A stretch of 55,959 nucleotides of DNA, the filler included, from Platydemus manokwari (Eukaryota): assembly GCA_037951405.1 (NCBI GenBank). It is 5 parts of 5 records of this genome, joined end to end, with 100 filler letters (N's around TTAATTAATTAA, not from the genome) between each part and the next. Parts side by side here need not be neighbours in the genome. Positions count along the whole stretch, not along the records: positions 46,308 to 55,959 come from JBBMOY011222431.1; 4 more parts are not named here. One strand, written 5' to 3'. Within the stretch, counting starts at the first letter, position 1, and every line of letters begins with the position of its first letter. The notes below the pieces were generated by a model. It was not told the origin of the DNA. It made no database searches and saw only the letters and a list, made by a program, of their open reading frames with translations. Position numbers and translations under genes: made by a program. Shown here piece by piece: positions 51,546 through 55,959 of the stretch.

Positions 51546-53559
51546 ATGAATACAACAAAAAAGCTGACAAAAATATTAAATGGTAATATGGCTTATATGG
51601 TAATATAAAGTAATCAGAAAAATTAATTGCCTGACGAATAATTTACCCTAAATGAAATTACAGTTGTACCCAATTTCGTATATATTCAAATATTCCATTA
51701 AAATATATCTATAAATTAATCAAAAGTAGCTCGGGAATTTATCCAGAAAAGTAAATTCACCCGAATGGAAAGAATTAATAAATTTTAAATTGTACTGCCG
51801 AATGTTCACAAATTATCGCTACAGTGACATTTCAAATAATTACTAGTTTATGGCATTGGTCGTGTGTTTTGTTTTCACTGATGCTTTACTCTCACCGATA
51901 AGATTGTTGCAGCTCGTTTTTTCAAACATTAATGAAGGTTACGAGTGTTCGATGATTGATCGATTAACGATTCCAATAGATATTAACTGATATATCGATC
52001 TCGTAATCCTTTCTGCTAATCAGCACCGAATGAGAACTCGAACTAACCACTTTCTAATTTACTCATTGAAGATTCGAGCATTCTATCATGTAACTTATTT
52101 TCATTATCAAATTAGCGCTCTGGTTTCAATATGTCACGCCCCCCAACACAGAGTAAACGTAACCAGTTTATCATTTTATTATAATATTTAAATTTAAACG
52201 GGAACAAAAAAGAGATTTCAAGATGCCTTGAATTTTATTGATTTTATTATTGATTGTATTATTTCTATTCGGTATTATTTATTTATTTATAACTTATAAA
52301 CTTCCGGGTGAACAATTGCAGAACAATTACAACTAAACTTCTCTTATCGGTTCATTTCAAATTTACTTGTCTTAGATCATCAAAAAATAATTATTGATTT
52401 TTAGTGCTCAGTAATGATATTTATGATAATAAATCGAATCATTACACCTAGTAACCTTTCTTTGGGAAATTTCTAATTTTCCTATATCTTCCGATTGCAA
52501 ATCCGGTTGGTTTCTGTGACATTATTTTTACCAATATGATTTGCATTACAAGCTTTATTAGCGAAAAAAAAATTAGAAATTTTATTTCTATAAATCTATA
52601 ACCAGGGAAGAACTGTGAGGAAATGTGCATCGTTAGTTTTTCTGTTATTGCATTAGGAATTTTCCTATTCTCAAAAAGAAGTATCAGTAAATATTATTAT
52701 TATAGAATCAATGTACTTTTCATTGTATCCAATCAAATCTCGTAAAAATCGATATTCGATATTGGTAAATACTATATTATCTAGTGTCGTTATTTATTGG
52801 AGTCGTTTTTGAAAATTAGTAGAAATGTATGGATTATGATGAATATGTTTTTCGAATTATTTTGTTGATAAACAGGGGCGGAAAATGCAACACTGGTAGC
52901 GAATTCATATTTTTCAATAACTATTAGTTTTTATAATGAGATATTTATTGAATTTTTCTGTGAATGGCAAAAATATTGATGAAAATATTCCGAAAAACAA
53001 TTCCAAAATTTTGATCGCATAAAGTTATTAAAATCGATATCATCAATGCTGGGCATGTGTATTGAAGAAACTAATCAACCTTGCATAATAATATTCTTTT
53101 AGCTGGAGAGATTTTTTTTACTTAAAATGAAAATCAAATTGTTATAAAACAGCTAATAATCATAATTTATGAAAACAGATTCTGAAATTATGATATCCAA
53201 TCAAAACGAATTATTTTTCAATATTTTTGTTATTAATATTGTCTTTATGTTAGTATTGTGACAAACTTTAGATTTCGTAATAAACATTTTTCATACAATC
53301 ACATCAAAAGGGTTCTGGGAATGACTGAAGTAATTTGAATCTTTATCTAATCTTCATGATATTATAATATTAATACCAATTGTTATGATATTAGAAGGAA
53401 AATGAAAAGAAATTTACTGATGGTTTTTATCAATATAAATCCATAATATAAAAATTGCACTTTCGTTTCTAATATTTGTAGAATATCAATGAATGAAGGA
53501 TTGAATATTCGGGCTAAAGTTAAAAAATGGGTCCTAAAATTAAATTTTAAATTTGTTGA

Positions 53560-54055
53560 GTGGATTGCAAAAATCTATATAGTTTATTTAATTATATTCT
53601 TTGAAAACATTTTGAATTTTTTATTTAAGTACTTAAGAAGAATTTTAGTTGTTTGAAATCAAATATTAAAATCAAAATCTCCTAAAATTATATTATTTGA
53701 AAAGTACTTCATATTGCTATTTATTGAAAATTCGAAGAAACTTTATAATTAGTATCATTTTACACAATTATTTTATAAAAATAAGCAATGATATTATTAA
53801 ACATGCCAGTAGTTAACTAACTCGATTTATAATTAAAAAATTTGAATTAAAAATCTCATTAAATCATATTGAAGTGCTGTGATTTAGTTTTAAAATCACG
53901 CCTTGTCCCTATTAGACATCTTAAAATTGAAATATTAACTGAATTATACGAATAAATCAAATATCGTAATTATATAGAAAACTATCTCATGCGCGAAAAT
54001 TCATTGTTACAAAAGTAGATTACAAAAGACTCCATTTCTTAACTAAAGCCAAACA
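53560..54055 (+). repeat. Repeat family A copy (longest)
   Basis: Collinear with 5179-5700, and extends further 5'. Confidence 0.75.
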
Positions 54056-55959
54056 TGTATATTTTAAATTCAATCAAAGTCATTCAAATTTAAATATTCA
54101 AAAATATCAAATCAATAAATAAATTTATAACTGTAATACAATTTTTATCAAATATTTAATGATGAAATAATTTTAAGAATTATTCAATCCAATTTAATTT
54201 TTAACTCGAAATAGTTTCAATCTTTAAGCTTTTTTGGTTGTGGTTCCAAAAGTTCTTAGGAATATTACCAGTTACACGACTACGAACTTCTTCTGTATCA
54301 CTTTGATTATATCACGAACTACCAATGAAACACGTTAAATCATTTTTAGTATTTGTCTTAAACAACACTCACCATTGTCTCTCATTGTACGTGGTAGGTA
54401 TATCGTTTAAATTATTAGAACTACCTTATTATTCATTGAAACACGTGTGTATGAGGAAGAGAGAGCGTTAAGAGAAAGCGTTATTAAAATTTATTTGGAA
54501 ATAACTTCAATATCAATTATTAAATTTTCGAAAAATTGACAAGTGTTTATTATTCCTCACATTTTATCACATTTTTTTAGAAATACAAAATGTCAATAAT
54601 AATCAAAGATGTGTATCGAGCAAAGAGAAATTATAAGAAAATCAAATTGTAAAAAGACCTTTCTATTTTATTATTAACTTCAGAATTTCATCACAAAACT
54701 TTATCTCGACATAACGATTTCGAATGTTTCATTTTAATGATTTCTCTAAATGATAGACAAGAAAAATCTAACTGAAAGAAAATTTTTACAGGAACGAACT
54801 CTATTCTCTCATTATTATTATAATATTTTTTTTTCACGTTTTACAAAGGTAAAACAAAATTTGCTTTTAAATTATTCGTTTTTTTTAATGTAAATTTCTT
54901 GTTTATTTGTTGGGATATTTTTGAGAGACTGATATAGCAAATTAAAAATCTTTAATGCAGTTCGACATTCTCTGTTTTTTTATACGATTCTCCTTTTGCT
55001 AACGGTTTCATCTTCACCTTAGTTTCATCTGCATTTTGCAGATTGTTATATTAAATGGGAAATAATAATAATGCTTCTCCGTGTTTGAAGATAATTTCGT
55101 TTTCATCAACAGAGACAGTTCACTATTAAATATCTTTGACTGCACACTTTGTTAATTTTAGACGGAAAATACAATTTCGTATTCTCTTTAATGTGGAATA
55201 CTCGATAATTTATCACAAGCTCAACATGGATGTTGTAGTAAAGGATTAATCGTAAAAAATATTAAAACTAAGGAAACGGTAGCTTTTATTGAACGAACTC
55301 TTTAATCATACATAGTTTAATAATATAATTTCAAAGGAGTTAAGCAAATATCTTCTTGCGAATGCATATTATTTTTCTATTATTATTAAGTTGCATCAAC
55401 AATGTGTAGTGTAAATATTTGCTATTTATATTATGGGAGTCATTGAGATAGTTCGTGAGGTTTGCCGAGAGGTTATAATGAATTATAATGCGTTATTGAA
55501 TAATGGCATTAAGATAAAAGAGAGCATAAGCAATGATTAATTAAAGACGAGCAGTTGTTAAGTCAAAGATTTGAATTACTTAAAAATTTAATAATTGGTA
55601 ACAAGTGGAAGCAGAACCTGTATTTATTATAATGCTAGGAATCTGATTCTTATATATATCCCACAACATAAATCACACACCATCTGATGAGATTATTAAT
55701 GAGAAAAAATCCGATGAATGAAAAATATATTTTGATAAAAATCTATTAAAATGTCAAAAAATATATCTATATTGAATATTCCGAAACACATATTAATGTT
55801 ATTCACTTGGTCACAAACCCTAGTTGTAATTTTACCTTTAAGATATGGCAGTAAAACCATCACAAGGAGTACTAGCGATATCTGTATTAGGTTGTCCCAT
55901 ATGAAATGTCCGATTTTTATATATTGAACTTTAAATCAAAATTTTTTAAAAACTACTTA

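Noticed and set aside
1-55959. CRISPR arrays, rRNA, tRNA or prokaryotic operons
   Set aside because: None seen; the window is spliced eukaryotic DNA, and the repeats lack a repeat-spacer structure.

Overview
AT-rich, intron-containing eukaryotic (metazoan) genomic DNA from a draft assembly with four N-gaps. The (AAT)n tracts, short introns and gene content suggest a flatworm such as a planarian (inference). Host genes are a spliced CFAP73/CCDC42 homologue (+), an intronless double-RING protein (+), a partial neuromedin-U/pyrokinin-type GPCR (-), a spliced CARD-coiled-coil gene (+), a complete DDX21/DDX50 helicase (-), and the first coding exon of a probable type II membrane protein (+). They sit among pogo/Tigger, mariner, hAT and Gypsy relics and several dispersed repeat families. 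The standout is 1-5180, a compositionally distinct, decayed fragment of a very large retroelement-like polyprotein. It reads in essentially one frame: unknown domains, a Pro-rich linker, a Bcl-2-like domain (BH3/BH1/BH2), a hydrophobic anchor/signal, a full-length chuvirus-like fusion glycoprotein, a PPxY motif and a retropepsin. It is joined head-to-head to an antisense Ulp1/SENP-type (C48) cysteine protease ORF with an intact catalytic set. All family assignments come from recognising motifs by eye; no searches were run.
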